Source: a virus | DNA length: 64,000 bases | Strand: one strand, 5' to 3' | IMG/VR virus record: IMGVR_UViG_3300007512_001547 | Coordinates: 64,001-128,000 of that record | Shown: piece by piece, positions 8,947-18,231 of the stretch | Layout of the letters: every line of letters begins with the position of its first letter | How positions within the stretch are numbered: the stretch's first letter is position 1 | Position numbers and translations under genes: made by a program | Notes under the pieces: model-generated | Told to the model about the DNA's origin: nothing | Databases searched by the model: none | The model's input: only the letters and a program-made list of their open reading frames with translations

Positions 8947-9815
8947 GTTATATATTAGGTATTGGTTTACTATATAAAAAGTATAAAAAAAATGCAACAA
9001 TTAGAATTTATATAAACAATAATTTAATTGAAACATATCAATTAACACAAGACATCAATCATATAGAAATACCCACAAGTATAATAAAAAGTTTTATGAA
9101 AAAACTCAAACGGTTTAACCATAATTCTCTCTCCATTCCTGATCTAATTCAAATTAAATGTAAAATTCCAAAATTTTTAAAATTAATTGAAATTGAAGAA
9201 GAAAAACTTACTGGAGAAGTTAGAATTGAAGTTGACAATGATGATAGTAATTATACTAATGGATTTATGTCAAAGTCATCACTAATAGAACCAAATTTTT
9301 TTATACTTTGTCCAAAAGAACTTTTAAAAAACAATGGGCAGTTTTTTTTCGAATTCCAAGAAAACCTATACAAAAAATTAGTATCTAAGATTGAAAAAGA
9401 TAAGGATTTTTCGATCCGGAGCGAAAAACCCAGACTGGAGTGGCCAATACCTCAATTTTTTGATATTGTTTTAGATAGAAACAATAAAATTAATAAAATT
9501 AAAAAAGATTGTGAAAAACAAGAACTTTGGTATCAACGTAATGGGGCATATAAGGATAATCAGAAAAATTATAACTTTCCAAGAACAAAATGGATAGATC
9601 TTTTTAAAAAACGTGGTACTTTAGCTGACCCTTATGTTTTACCATATTTTACACAATATCCACAATATATTGGAGGATCATTTCATATAACATTTAACAT
9701 TAACAAAAAGAATAAAATATATTTTCTAGACGCATATAATGTAACTAGTGGAAACCCTACAGTTTCTATGCAAACCTTTTCGTTTGCCCACTACTTTTCC
9801 CATAAATATAAGTAA
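8943..9815 (+). CDS. hypothetical protein (290 aa)
   Basis: Long ORF coupled (ATGA) to the methyltransferase; K/I/N-rich. Confidence 0.7.
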   Translation: MSYILGIGLLYKKYKKNATIRIYINNNLIETYQLTQDINHIEIPTSIIKSFMKKLKRFNHNSLSIPDLIQIKCKIPKFLKLIEIEEEKLTGEVRIEVDNDDSNYTNGFMSKSSLIEPNFFILCPKELLKNNGQFFFEFQENLYKKLVSKIEKDKDFSIRSEKPRLEWPIPQFFDIVLDRNNKINKIKKDCEKQELWYQRNGAYKDNQKNYNFPRTKWIDLFKKRGTLADPYVLPYFTQYPQYIGGSFHITFNINKKNKIYFLDAYNVTSGNPTVSMQTFSFAHYFSHKYK

Positions 9816-10102
9816 TGAAAATTACAGAAATTATAATACATAAACGAATAGGTGAACAAGCAACTGCAGGTGCTACATCAAGCGGCAATATAGCAACAGT
9901 TACATCACCACACGTTGCAATAGGCAAGGATAGAGGTAATAAATCCTATATAGGATCACCAGGACGTTCAGGCACAAAAGCACCAAAACTACCTAAAATA
10001 GTACAAAAGAAAAATAAAGACGGTACAGCTAAACCATGGCATGAATTAGGAAAAGGTACTAGTATGTTTGGTGGGCCTGTACAACGGAGACCATATCCAT
10101 AA
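9815..10102 (+). CDS. putative head-internal protein (MKITEII leader, ATAGATSSGNIA module)
   Basis: TAAATA at 9803-9808, 6 nt upstream; CTS-like start. Confidence 0.55.
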   Translation: MKITEIIIHKRIGEQATAGATSSGNIATVTSPHVAIGKDRGNKSYIGSPGRSGTKAPKLPKIVQKKNKDGTAKPWHELGKGTSMFGGPVQRRPYP

Positions 10103-10248
10103 TGGAACTAAAAAAATGCAAGAACTGTGGTGGTGATTCACACTGCGAAACTAGAGCTACAAGAACGGAACATAGGTATCCATCTGAAGGCGGCGAAGAA
10201 TATGAAATAGAAGTATGCCGTGAATGTAGATGCGACACTTGTAAATAA
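10102..10248 (+). CDS. 48-aa Cys-rich (Zn-binding-like) protein; not in supplied ORF track
   Basis: MELKKCKNCGGDSHCETRATRTEHRYPSEGGEEYEIEVCRECRCDTCK; TAATG coupling to the upstream gene; fills the gap. Confidence 0.6.
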   Translation: MELKKCKNCGGDSHCETRATRTEHRYPSEGGEEYEIEVCRECRCDTCK

Positions 10249-10256
10249 ATACTACT

Positions 10257-10676
10257 ATGAAAGCACAAGAATTTATTCAAGAAGGCGCATCAATGTTACC
10301 TTACTTTAAAAAAGATGAAAAAACTTGGTCTTTTCCAGATGCTTGGGCAAAAGACGAAGCATTAGACACACCTTATATGAGTAATATGAGTATGCGTCAG
10401 TTTTTAGACACACTAGGATATGACAGTGATTTTGAAAGTGCAAGTCCAGTAGATGCAAAAGAATTTATAGGACGTACTACACAATGGTTACAAAAAAATA
10501 TTGATAAACCATCACAAGAAATTCCAACAACAGTTGATAGATCCGGAGGCGGTGCTACAATGATAGGTGGCGGAAAACCAGAAGGTTGGGATAATAGACA
10601 AGTAAAACATCATAACGAATTAGCAAGAAAAATTTTAGCAAAATATCCAGAAGTAACACATTTTGGATTTAATTAA
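10257..10676 (+). CDS. putative head-internal protein (MKAQEFIQE leader)
   Basis: Leader closely resembles the T4 IPIII CTS MKTYQEFIAE; TAAATA at 10246-10251. Confidence 0.6.
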   Translation: MKAQEFIQEGASMLPYFKKDEKTWSFPDAWAKDEALDTPYMSNMSMRQFLDTLGYDSDFESASPVDAKEFIGRTTQWLQKNIDKPSQEIPTTVDRSGGGATMIGGGKPEGWDNRQVKHHNELARKILAKYPEVTHFGFN

Positions 10677-10677
10677 T

Positions 10678-12804
10678 ATGAAATATAACGAATTTAATAA
10701 CCCTAGAGAAAAACCACAAGTTAGACCAGTAACAACCATGACGTCAAAAGAGCTTGGTGATAGAATAGAAAAAGCAAGAGCAAAAAATTATAAAAAACCT
10801 GAACCATTGGACTTTACAAAATTATGGAGTAAAGAAAAACCAGCAGTAGAAGCAGGTGTAACACCAGGCGGAACAAAAGTTGATTATGCCAATATAATGT
10901 TTCGTGGTAAAGAAATAGATCATAATAGTATAGAATATGAAATGCAGGATTTTAGTGATATGATTTATGAGCTACATGGAGCAAAATATATAGATGGTAC
11001 ACCTTTAACTGATGAAGAATTACAAGAACTTGAAAGGACAGACGAATTTACTGACTGGGTTAGTATGGATTATGCATCATCTGGACCAGATGCGCCAGAC
11101 GATTATCCATTTGAAGAAGACGGTATGACATCTGCTGATGTTGATCGAATAAGAAACCAAAAGTTTACTACCAACCAAATTAAACAGGCTTATCGTGTTT
11201 TAAATCATCCAAGAGTTAAAGGTGGCAATTATACAGCCGCTTATAATATTATTAATAGAATTGCTCCTGGTCTAGCAGATCACCCAGATGTTGCAAACGC
11301 ATTAAGAAGAGCAAATGAAATGAAAGAAGATATAACAACAATGGCATCAAGAGTAATCAGAAATTATGCTAGAGAGATTGGTCCGGATTCCATGGACTAT
11401 GGTATGTTTATGACATCAGCAGAACTATTAGACAAAGGTATGCTGAAATCATTAGCACAACTTATAGATAAGTCAGATACCGCTCCAAGAGAATACGTAA
11501 TGAAAAAAATAGCGGATCATGATCCAGAGACATTTAAAAAAATGTATGGTGACCAAGAGGGTTATCTTTCTGTAATGAAACCAGCACAAGATTTAAAAGA
11601 TGCTGACTACAATAACTCTTTACAAAATAAATTAGATAAAGCTATGCAAGAATACGACTCACCAGAAAAGAAAGCAGAACGTGATGCATTAATGAAAAAG
11701 TATCTTGCTAAAGGTGGAAAAGTTGAAAAAGTACCAACAGGAAAAACTGCATACAAAGGAAAAGAATTAAAACCACAATATAAAAAAGATAATGGAACAC
11801 CAATTACAAGTCCAATGAGCGACGAATCAGTGCAAGAAGACATTTCAGAAAAAGGCAGAATTGCTTTAGAAAAAGCAGGATTTGATCCAAATGCAATTCA
11901 TGAGTATATGGCAGTGTTCAATGACCACGGTGATACTTCAGAGTTAGAAGACATGAACGAAGTTAAAATTGGAGTAGCAGATGCTATGGCCATGGTGTTA
12001 GCATCTCACGATGCTGGAGATATGTATCCAAAAAGTCCATATAGTAGTGATCCAAAATATAGAAGTAAAGAATCAGTTGAAGAATCATCTATCAAACCTT
12101 ATGTGTCAATGTATAAAGGTGATGATGGAAAAACTGTATATGACGTACTAGACAAAGACGGTAAATCAGCATACAAAACAAAAGATGAAAGATTAGCACA
12201 GCATTACTTCAAAAAAAATTATCAAAAATTAAAAGAAGACGGCGCTCCATTTGGTTCAGGCATGGAACTTTTAAGAATGGCAATTATGAGAAAGTTTATT
12301 ACTGTTCAAGAATGGGATTTATTAAAACACAAATGGAAAGAAGCGGCCGCTGAAGTTGAACAACAATATAGTGATTGGCCAGAAGGCGAAGGTTTTGGAT
12401 CATCAGATCACAACTTTGCAATTAGAGATTTAATGACTGCTGTTGGATATGAATTTGATGACCAAGATACAAGTGGTAGATTTGTTGTTACAAAACAACC
12501 AGAAGAAATAGAAAAAGCAGGTATTAAAAATGTTAGAATGCAAGGTGAACCTGTTGCAACAGAAGGTGGTATGCCTGCTTCAATTATTAAACATAAACAA
12601 AAACTTGCACATATGTCTGATGAAGAATTAGCAGATAGATTTAAAGATTTTGATGAACAAAGATTAAGACAAATGGCTTGGAGACACGGATATGGTAAAA
12701 TGAGTTCTCATTACTTGGACAGAGTTAGAAACCATATGACTAGCAAAAGAACTGGAACATACGAATCAAAACTTGCTAATATGTTAAATCAACGTCTTAA
12801 ATAA
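10678..12804 (+). CDS. large modular acidic protein, probable processed head-internal polyprotein; contains SutA-like module
   Basis: MKYNEF leader, many hydrophobic-x-E junctions, and ERDALMKKYLAKGGKVEKV at about 11665-11740. Confidence 0.6.
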   Translation: MKYNEFNNPREKPQVRPVTTMTSKELGDRIEKARAKNYKKPEPLDFTKLWSKEKPAVEAGVTPGGTKVDYANIMFRGKEIDHNSIEYEMQDFSDMIYELHGAKYIDGTPLTDEELQELERTDEFTDWVSMDYASSGPDAPDDYPFEEDGMTSADVDRIRNQKFTTNQIKQAYRVLNHPRVKGGNYTAAYNIINRIAPGLADHPDVANALRRANEMKEDITTMASRVIRNYAREIGPDSMDYGMFMTSAELLDKGMLKSLAQLIDKSDTAPREYVMKKIADHDPETFKKMYGDQEGYLSVMKPAQDLKDADYNNSLQNKLDKAMQEYDSPEKKAERDALMKKYLAKGGKVEKVPTGKTAYKGKELKPQYKKDNGTPITSPMSDESVQEDISEKGRIALEKAGFDPNAIHEYMAVFNDHGDTSELEDMNEVKIGVADAMAMVLASHDAGDMYPKSPYSSDPKYRSKESVEESSIKPYVSMYKGDDGKTVYDVLDKDGKSAYKTKDERLAQHYFKKNYQKLKEDGAPFGSGMELLRMAIMRKFITVQEWDLLKHKWKEAAAEVEQQYSDWPEGEGFGSSDHNFAIRDLMTAVGYEFDDQDTSGRFVVTKQPEEIEKAGIKNVRMQGEPVATEGGMPASIIKHKQKLAHMSDEELADRFKDFDEQRLRQMAWRHGYGKMSSHYLDRVRNHMTSKRTGTYESKLANMLNQRLK

Positions 12805-12816
12805 AACTACAACAAA

Positions 12817-12824
12817 TATAAATA
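12817..12824 (+). promoter_or_regulatory. T4-type late promoter TATAAATA
   Basis: Exact T4 late consensus, 5 nt upstream of ATG 12830. Confidence 0.65.
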
Positions 12825-12829
12825 CTTAG

Positions 12830-13663
12830 ATGGCACATAATAAATCCGAAGATAATAGTTTTAGAGACCTGGTTGCTCGTTTAAACGCAATGAGTAACAT
12901 GACTCCTGAGCAAGAACGTGCATCTCTAATGGAATCAGTTGGCAAGGCACCAAAAGTACTAGACGACAAAGACATTTCATTAGCAGATATTGCCAAATTA
13001 GCAGGTATTAAAGAATATGTTGAACCTGTAAAAGTTTCTAAAAAAGCACAAAAACTAGTTGAGGAAATTACTAAAGAACCAAAAGTAGAATCAAGCATAG
13101 CTAAAGCAATAGCAGAGTCTGACGCTGATGATTCAATATCAACAAACATTAAAAAAGCAGTAACAGAAGAAAGCAATAGATTAGATAAAATTACTGAACT
13201 TGAAGCACAACTAGCAGAATTAAAAGCAGAACAAAAAGAAGAACAAACATATGATAGTAAAGCATTTAGAGACGTTATCTCAACAGATATCGCAGAATAT
13301 ATTAAAAACGCAGAAGAATCTCAACTTGTTGAATTATACAACACTTTCTCAGACAATGAAGCAATTTACAATGAAGAACAAAAAAGCATTCTTGTCAAAA
13401 CTCCAGAAACTACAGAAATAATTGCAGACGCAGAAAAAGCAGAAGCACCTGAAGAAGATGAAGTTGTTCAAGAAAAAGAACCAGAAGAAAGATCAGTAGA
13501 CTTAGATAAAGAAGTTTTACCAGATCCTGGAACACCATCAGTAGAAACACCTGCTGTAGAAGATGGTGGCGAAGAAGTTGAACTAGATGCTGTTGAACCA
13601 GCAATTGAAGTCCCTCAACAAGATAAATTTACCAACGATTTAGACCCAGTAGAAAAAAAATAA
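12830..13663 (+). CDS. highly acidic coiled-coil protein (scaffold/prohead-core-like)
   Basis: E/D-rich, heptad segment LEAQLAELKAEQ, LAGI motif and a late promoter. Confidence 0.5.
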   Translation: MAHNKSEDNSFRDLVARLNAMSNMTPEQERASLMESVGKAPKVLDDKDISLADIAKLAGIKEYVEPVKVSKKAQKLVEEITKEPKVESSIAKAIAESDADDSISTNIKKAVTEESNRLDKITELEAQLAELKAEQKEEQTYDSKAFRDVISTDIAEYIKNAEESQLVELYNTFSDNEAIYNEEQKSILVKTPETTEIIADAEKAEAPEEDEVVQEKEPEERSVDLDKEVLPDPGTPSVETPAVEDGGEEVELDAVEPAIEVPQQDKFTNDLDPVEKK

Positions 13664-13672
13664 ATACCCTAT

Positions 13673-13909
13673 ATGACGGGTATTCCTTACAACTATAAAG
13701 ATTATATTAATGACGTTACTAAAATGCGTCAAAGAGGAGCCATTAGTGCAGGTGAACAAGTAAAATCTCCTAACAGTGCTGGTAGTAGAGGACTTGCAAA
13801 AGTTGAAGCATTTGCTGATAGTCCAAATCAAATAATGAAAAATAACGATGTAGTTGAAGAACACGATCAAGAATTACAACGTATCATGAAATTAGCGGGT
13901 CTACTCTAA
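13673..13909 (+). CDS. hypothetical protein ending in RIMKLAGLL
   Basis: TAAATA at 13661-13666; LAG[IL] motif. Confidence 0.65.
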   Translation: MTGIPYNYKDYINDVTKMRQRGAISAGEQVKSPNSAGSRGLAKVEAFADSPNQIMKNNDVVEEHDQELQRIMKLAGLL

Positions 13910-13916
13910 AAACCAT

Positions 13917-13945
13917 TTGCATATCATCTAAAACTGTTATATACT
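13917..13945 (+). promoter_or_regulatory. sigma70-type promoter
   Basis: TTGCAT-17 bp-TATACT upstream of an AGGAGA SD and ATG 13968. Confidence 0.55.
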
Positions 13946-13967
13946 TGTTATAACAACAGGAGAAACT

Positions 13968-14225
13968 ATGGCAGTAAGAAACTTTAACGAAGAAGAAAAA
14001 CAAAAATTAATCCAAATTATATCACAAGGTTCACAAGTGTTAGGTGAAGTTGATGATTTACGATCTGGATTAAGAGATACCGTTAAGTCAATTGCAGAGG
14101 AATTAGAATTAAAACCTGCATTAATCAACAAAGCAATTTCCGTTGCACATAAAGGCAATTACCAAAATATTGCTGATGACATGGACGCATTAGAAAGCAT
14201 ACTAAACTCAGTCGGTAAACTTTAG
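13968..14225 (+). CDS. T4 DsbA/GapR-like double-stranded DNA-binding protein
   Basis: The size and pattern LRDTVKSIAEELELKPALINKAISVAHKGN resemble T4 DsbA; located upstream of the polymerase. Confidence 0.55.
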   Translation: MAVRNFNEEEKQKLIQIISQGSQVLGEVDDLRSGLRDTVKSIAEELELKPALINKAISVAHKGNYQNIADDMDALESILNSVGKL

Positions 14226-14503
14226 TGTATCGTTTACTCAAAGAATTTTGGGTAACAAGTTACAAACAAGATAAAATTGCTTTTTACCTAGAAGTATTTT
14301 CAGTCTCAGTTACGGTAGCAGGATCATATCTATTAACTTTTACCTCCCCAGGACCAGATATGCGTTTGATTTTTCCATTGTATCTTTTAGGTTCATCTAC
14401 TCTTGCATATGCATCATGGCGTAGAAGGATAATTTGGACTTGCGTTTTGGCATCATGGTTTACTATAATGAATGTAATAGGAAATTTTAGAGTATTTTTA
14501 TGA
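14225..14503 (+). CDS. small membrane protein (about 3 TM)
   Basis: Three hydrophobic segments. Confidence 0.65.
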   Translation: MYRLLKEFWVTSYKQDKIAFYLEVFSVSVTVAGSYLLTFTSPGPDMRLIFPLYLLGSSTLAYASWRRRIIWTCVLASWFTIMNVIGNFRVFL

Positions 14504-14736
14504 GAACAAAAACAAAATATATTCACGTTAATCAACACAAAATTCGTTCAAATAAAAAACATGGCTTAAATGATCCAGTTATCACAATTAAACAAGGTTC
14601 TAAAAATACTTACTGTCACGAGGTTGCAATATTAGGACCAAGCCAAGTATTATATGGAGGTAATAATAAACCTTTACTTCCTTGTGGTGCTAGAGTTGTT
14701 ATTAAAACAGAAAGTGATGTTGAAATTATTAAATGA
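14500..14736 (+). CDS. hypothetical protein
   Basis: ATGA-coupled on both sides; IHVNQH motif. Confidence 0.7.
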   Translation: MRTKTKYIHVNQHKIRSNKKHGLNDPVITIKQGSKNTYCHEVAILGPSQVLYGGNNKPLLPCGARVVIKTESDVEIIK

Positions 14737-17396
14737 GTTACATAGACGCTCTATATAAAAAAGACGAAGACAAAATTTACGTAGTAGAACGTGATTCTAA
14801 AAAAGGTCGTGTATTTGTAGATTATGATGCTAGGTATGTATTCTATTATCCAGACACAAGAGGCAAACATAAATCCATGACTGGTGAAACATTACAAAAA
14901 GTACAATGTCGTACATCAAAAGAATTCATTAAAGAGCAACGAATAAGGTCTAATAAAACTCTTTATGAACAAGATATCAATCCAGTGTTTAGATGCCTTG
15001 AGGAAAATTATTTAGGTAAAGAAACACCCAAGTTAAACGTACTGTTCTTTGATATCGAAGTGGACTTTGATCCTGAAAAGGGTTATGCCACAACTGATGA
15101 TCCGTTCATGCCCATAACTGCCATAAGTTGTTATATGGAATGGACGGATCAATTAGTTACCCTTGCAATTCCACCAAAAACAATTACAATGCAAGAAGCA
15201 AAAGTACTCACAGAGAGATTTCCTAATACAATGTTATTCGAAAAAGAAAAAGATATGCTTGATGCATTTTTACAATTAGTTGAAGATGCAGATATTTTAT
15301 CAGGTTGGAACTCAGAAGGATATGACATTCCATACACAGTAGGACGAATACAAAAAGTTTTAAGCAGTGATGATACAAGACGTTTATGTTTTTGGGGAGA
15401 AAAACCTAAAAAAAGAGTATTTGAAAAATACGGTAGAGAACATTTAAGTTATGATTTAATTGGCAGAGTACATTTAGATTTATTAGAGTTATATAGAAAA
15501 TACACATATGAAGAACGTCATAGTTTTAGATTAGATGCAATAGGTGAACATGAATTAGGAGAAAAGAAAACTATATATGAAGGATCGTTAGATTCACTTT
15601 ATAAAAATGACTTTGGTTTGTTTATAGAATATAACAGACAAGACACACACTTACTTGCAAAATTAGAAAAGAAATTAAAATTTATAGATTTGGCAAACGA
15701 AATAGCACACCAAAATACTGTATTGCTACAAACTACAATGGGTGCAGTTGCAGTTACAGAACAAGCAATCGTTAACGAAGCACATAGACGTGGCATGATT
15801 GTACCAGGTAGAAAATACAGAGAAAAAGACGCTGAACCAATTACGGCGGCAGGTGCTTATGTGGCAACTCCAAAAAAAGGTATACATGACTGGATAGGAT
15901 CTATTGATATTAACTCACTATATCCATCTGTTATTAGAGCATTGAACATGGGTCCAGAAACTATTGTAGGACAAATAAGACCAGTAATAACATCAGCAGA
16001 AATAAACAGAGCAAAATTACAAAAAAAATCATTTGCGGCGGCTTGGGATAATCAATTTGGCAGTTGGGAATATCAAGCAGTAATGAACAAAGATAAAGGT
16101 ACAGAAATAGTTATAGATTGGGCTGACGGTACTAGTATTAGAATGTCAGCGGCACAACTGTATGATTTAGTATTTGAAAGTAACAACAAATGGATGTTAA
16201 GTGCCAATGGCACAATATTCACATATGAATTTGAAGCAATTATTCCAGGACTACTTAAACGTTGGTATGCTGAACGAAAAGAAATGCAACGTAAAATGCA
16301 ACAGTCTGGAAGTAACGAAATTGAAAGAGCATATTGGGATAAAAGACAATTAGTTAAAAAAATTAATTTAAATAGTTTATATGGAGCACTTTTAAATCCT
16401 GGTTGTAGATTTTTTGATATACGTATAGGACAATCAGTAACATTAACAGGCAGATGCATTACAAAACACATGGCGGCAAAAGTAAATGATATTATTGCAG
16501 GCAAATATAATCATACTGGCGAATCTATAATTTATGGAGATACAGATTCAGTTTATTTTACAGCACATAAAACTTTACAAAATGATATTAACGCAGGTAA
16601 AATTGCTTGGAATAAAGAATCAGTAATTGCATTATATGATAAAATTGCAGAGGAAATGAATACATCTTTTACAGGATTCATGACTAACGCATTTCATTGT
16701 CCACATACACGTGGTTCTGTTATTAGAGCAGGTAGAGAACTTGTAGCAATTAAAGGATTATTCATTACAAAGAAAAGATATGCAGTATTATATTACGACA
16801 TTGAAGGTGAACGTACAGATAACGCAGGTAAAGAAGGCAAAATGAAAGCTATGGGATTAGATTTAAAAAGATCTGATACTCCAATATTTGTACAAGATTT
16901 TTTAAGTGATATATTATATATGGTATTAACAGGTAAAACAGAAAAACAAGTATTAAACAGGATTGGCGAATTTAGATCAGAATTTAAAGCAAGACCTGGT
17001 TGGGAAAAAGGATCTCCAAAAAGAGCAAATAATGTTACAAAATATACCGACGAAGAAAAGAAAAAAGGCAAAGCAAATATGCCAGGACACGTAAGAGCAA
17101 GTATGAACTGGAACAACTGTAAACAAATGTATGGTGACAAGTATTCTTTACCTATATTAGATGGTGCAAAAGTTATTGTATGTAAACTTAAAAACAATCC
17201 ATTAAACTATACAAGTATTGCATATCCTACAGATGAATTACGTATTCCAGAATGGTTTAAAGAACTACCTTTTGATTCTGAAGCTATGGAACAAACAATA
17301 TTAAATCAAAAGATAGACAACCTAATAGGTGTATTAAATTGGGACGTACAAAGTACTGAAACCAGTAATACATTCAACAAACTGTTTGAATTCTAA
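14733..17396 (+). CDS. gp43: family B DNA polymerase (T4 gp43-like)
   Basis: ExoI FDIEVD, ExoII GWNSEGYD, motif A DINSLYPS, motif B KINLNSLYG and motif C YGDTDS. Confidence 0.97.
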   Translation: MSYIDALYKKDEDKIYVVERDSKKGRVFVDYDARYVFYYPDTRGKHKSMTGETLQKVQCRTSKEFIKEQRIRSNKTLYEQDINPVFRCLEENYLGKETPKLNVLFFDIEVDFDPEKGYATTDDPFMPITAISCYMEWTDQLVTLAIPPKTITMQEAKVLTERFPNTMLFEKEKDMLDAFLQLVEDADILSGWNSEGYDIPYTVGRIQKVLSSDDTRRLCFWGEKPKKRVFEKYGREHLSYDLIGRVHLDLLELYRKYTYEERHSFRLDAIGEHELGEKKTIYEGSLDSLYKNDFGLFIEYNRQDTHLLAKLEKKLKFIDLANEIAHQNTVLLQTTMGAVAVTEQAIVNEAHRRGMIVPGRKYREKDAEPITAAGAYVATPKKGIHDWIGSIDINSLYPSVIRALNMGPETIVGQIRPVITSAEINRAKLQKKSFAAAWDNQFGSWEYQAVMNKDKGTEIVIDWADGTSIRMSAAQLYDLVFESNNKWMLSANGTIFTYEFEAIIPGLLKRWYAERKEMQRKMQQSGSNEIERAYWDKRQLVKKINLNSLYGALLNPGCRFFDIRIGQSVTLTGRCITKHMAAKVNDIIAGKYNHTGESIIYGDTDSVYFTAHKTLQNDINAGKIAWNKESVIALYDKIAEEMNTSFTGFMTNAFHCPHTRGSVIRAGRELVAIKGLFITKKRYAVLYYDIEGERTDNAGKEGKMKAMGLDLKRSDTPIFVQDFLSDILYMVLTGKTEKQVLNRIGEFRSEFKARPGWEKGSPKRANNVTKYTDEEKKKGKANMPGHVRASMNWNNCKQMYGDKYSLPILDGAKVIVCKLKNNPLNYTSIAYPTDELRIPEWFKELPFDSEAMEQTILNQKIDNLIGVLNWDVQSTETSNTFNKLFEF

Positions 17397-17404
17397 ATAG
17401 TATT

Positions 17405-18202
17405 ATGCTGAGTATAGAAGAAATAAAACTGTTAATTGAAAAACTTGAAAAAGTAAAAAAAGAAGATTTACAAAAATTAATTGATTCTAATTTAAAAATT
17501 CTAAAAAATTTAGCAATAGCTATAGATGCTAATAATAACGAAGAAATTAACAGATTAGATAAGACTGTAGAATGGTATAGACTTGATCTGGAACAGAAAA
17601 TAAAAAAGCCTGTTGTTGACCTGATGTTATATAGAACAATACAAACAAAAATATTTCAATTTGCTAAAACCAATATTTACAATAGTTTAGAAATAGGCCC
17701 AGGTACAGGAATGTTTTCCAAAGAATTTAGATCATGGAGGAACAATTTCTTTTTAGAAACAATACCAGAACTAGAACTAAAAATTAGAAGAAGATTTAAA
17801 CCTCCACATCAAAAATATTTAAAATTTTATACAACACGCAGAACAGAATGTTCAAATATTCCACAAGGTTCATGCAACTTTGTGTTTAGTTGGGATACCT
17901 TTGTATTTTTTACACAAAATCATATACAACAATATCTACATGACATTAAAAGAGTGTTAATACCGGGTGGTTATGTGTTTATACAATATGCTGATTGCCA
18001 TTATGATTATGACTTACATCTAGCAAAACGTGGTTATTGGAATTATAATACCAAAACTGCAATGGAAAAAATTATTAAAGAAGAAGGTTATGAAATTATA
18101 GAAATGTTACAATTTAAACCAGGTGCCAATTATGCCATATTTAAAAAACCTGGTAAACAAAATCCTGCTATATATAAAATTTCTGAAATGACACTTGATT
18201 AA
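17405..18202 (+). CDS. class I SAM-dependent methyltransferase
   Basis: LEIGPGTG, FVFSWDTF and LIPGG motifs. Confidence 0.8.
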   Translation: MLSIEEIKLLIEKLEKVKKEDLQKLIDSNLKILKNLAIAIDANNNEEINRLDKTVEWYRLDLEQKIKKPVVDLMLYRTIQTKIFQFAKTNIYNSLEIGPGTGMFSKEFRSWRNNFFLETIPELELKIRRRFKPPHQKYLKFYTTRRTECSNIPQGSCNFVFSWDTFVFFTQNHIQQYLHDIKRVLIPGGYVFIQYADCHYDYDLHLAKRGYWNYNTKTAMEKIIKEEGYEIIEMLQFKPGANYAIFKKPGKQNPAIYKISEMTLD

Positions 18203-18223
18203 TATATGAATAACCTATATAAT
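18195..18223 (+). promoter_or_regulatory. sigma70-type promoter
   Basis: TTGATT-17 bp-TATAAT, 8 nt upstream of ATG 18232. Confidence 0.6.
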
Positions 18224-18231
18224 AAAGCACT

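Noticed and set aside
15900-16400. Possible intein or intron in the polymerase (long stretch between motifs A and B)
   Set aside because: There is no N-terminal Cys/Ser block, no His-Asn terminus and no LAGLIDADG motif, and the frame is uninterrupted. It is read as an ordinary insertion.
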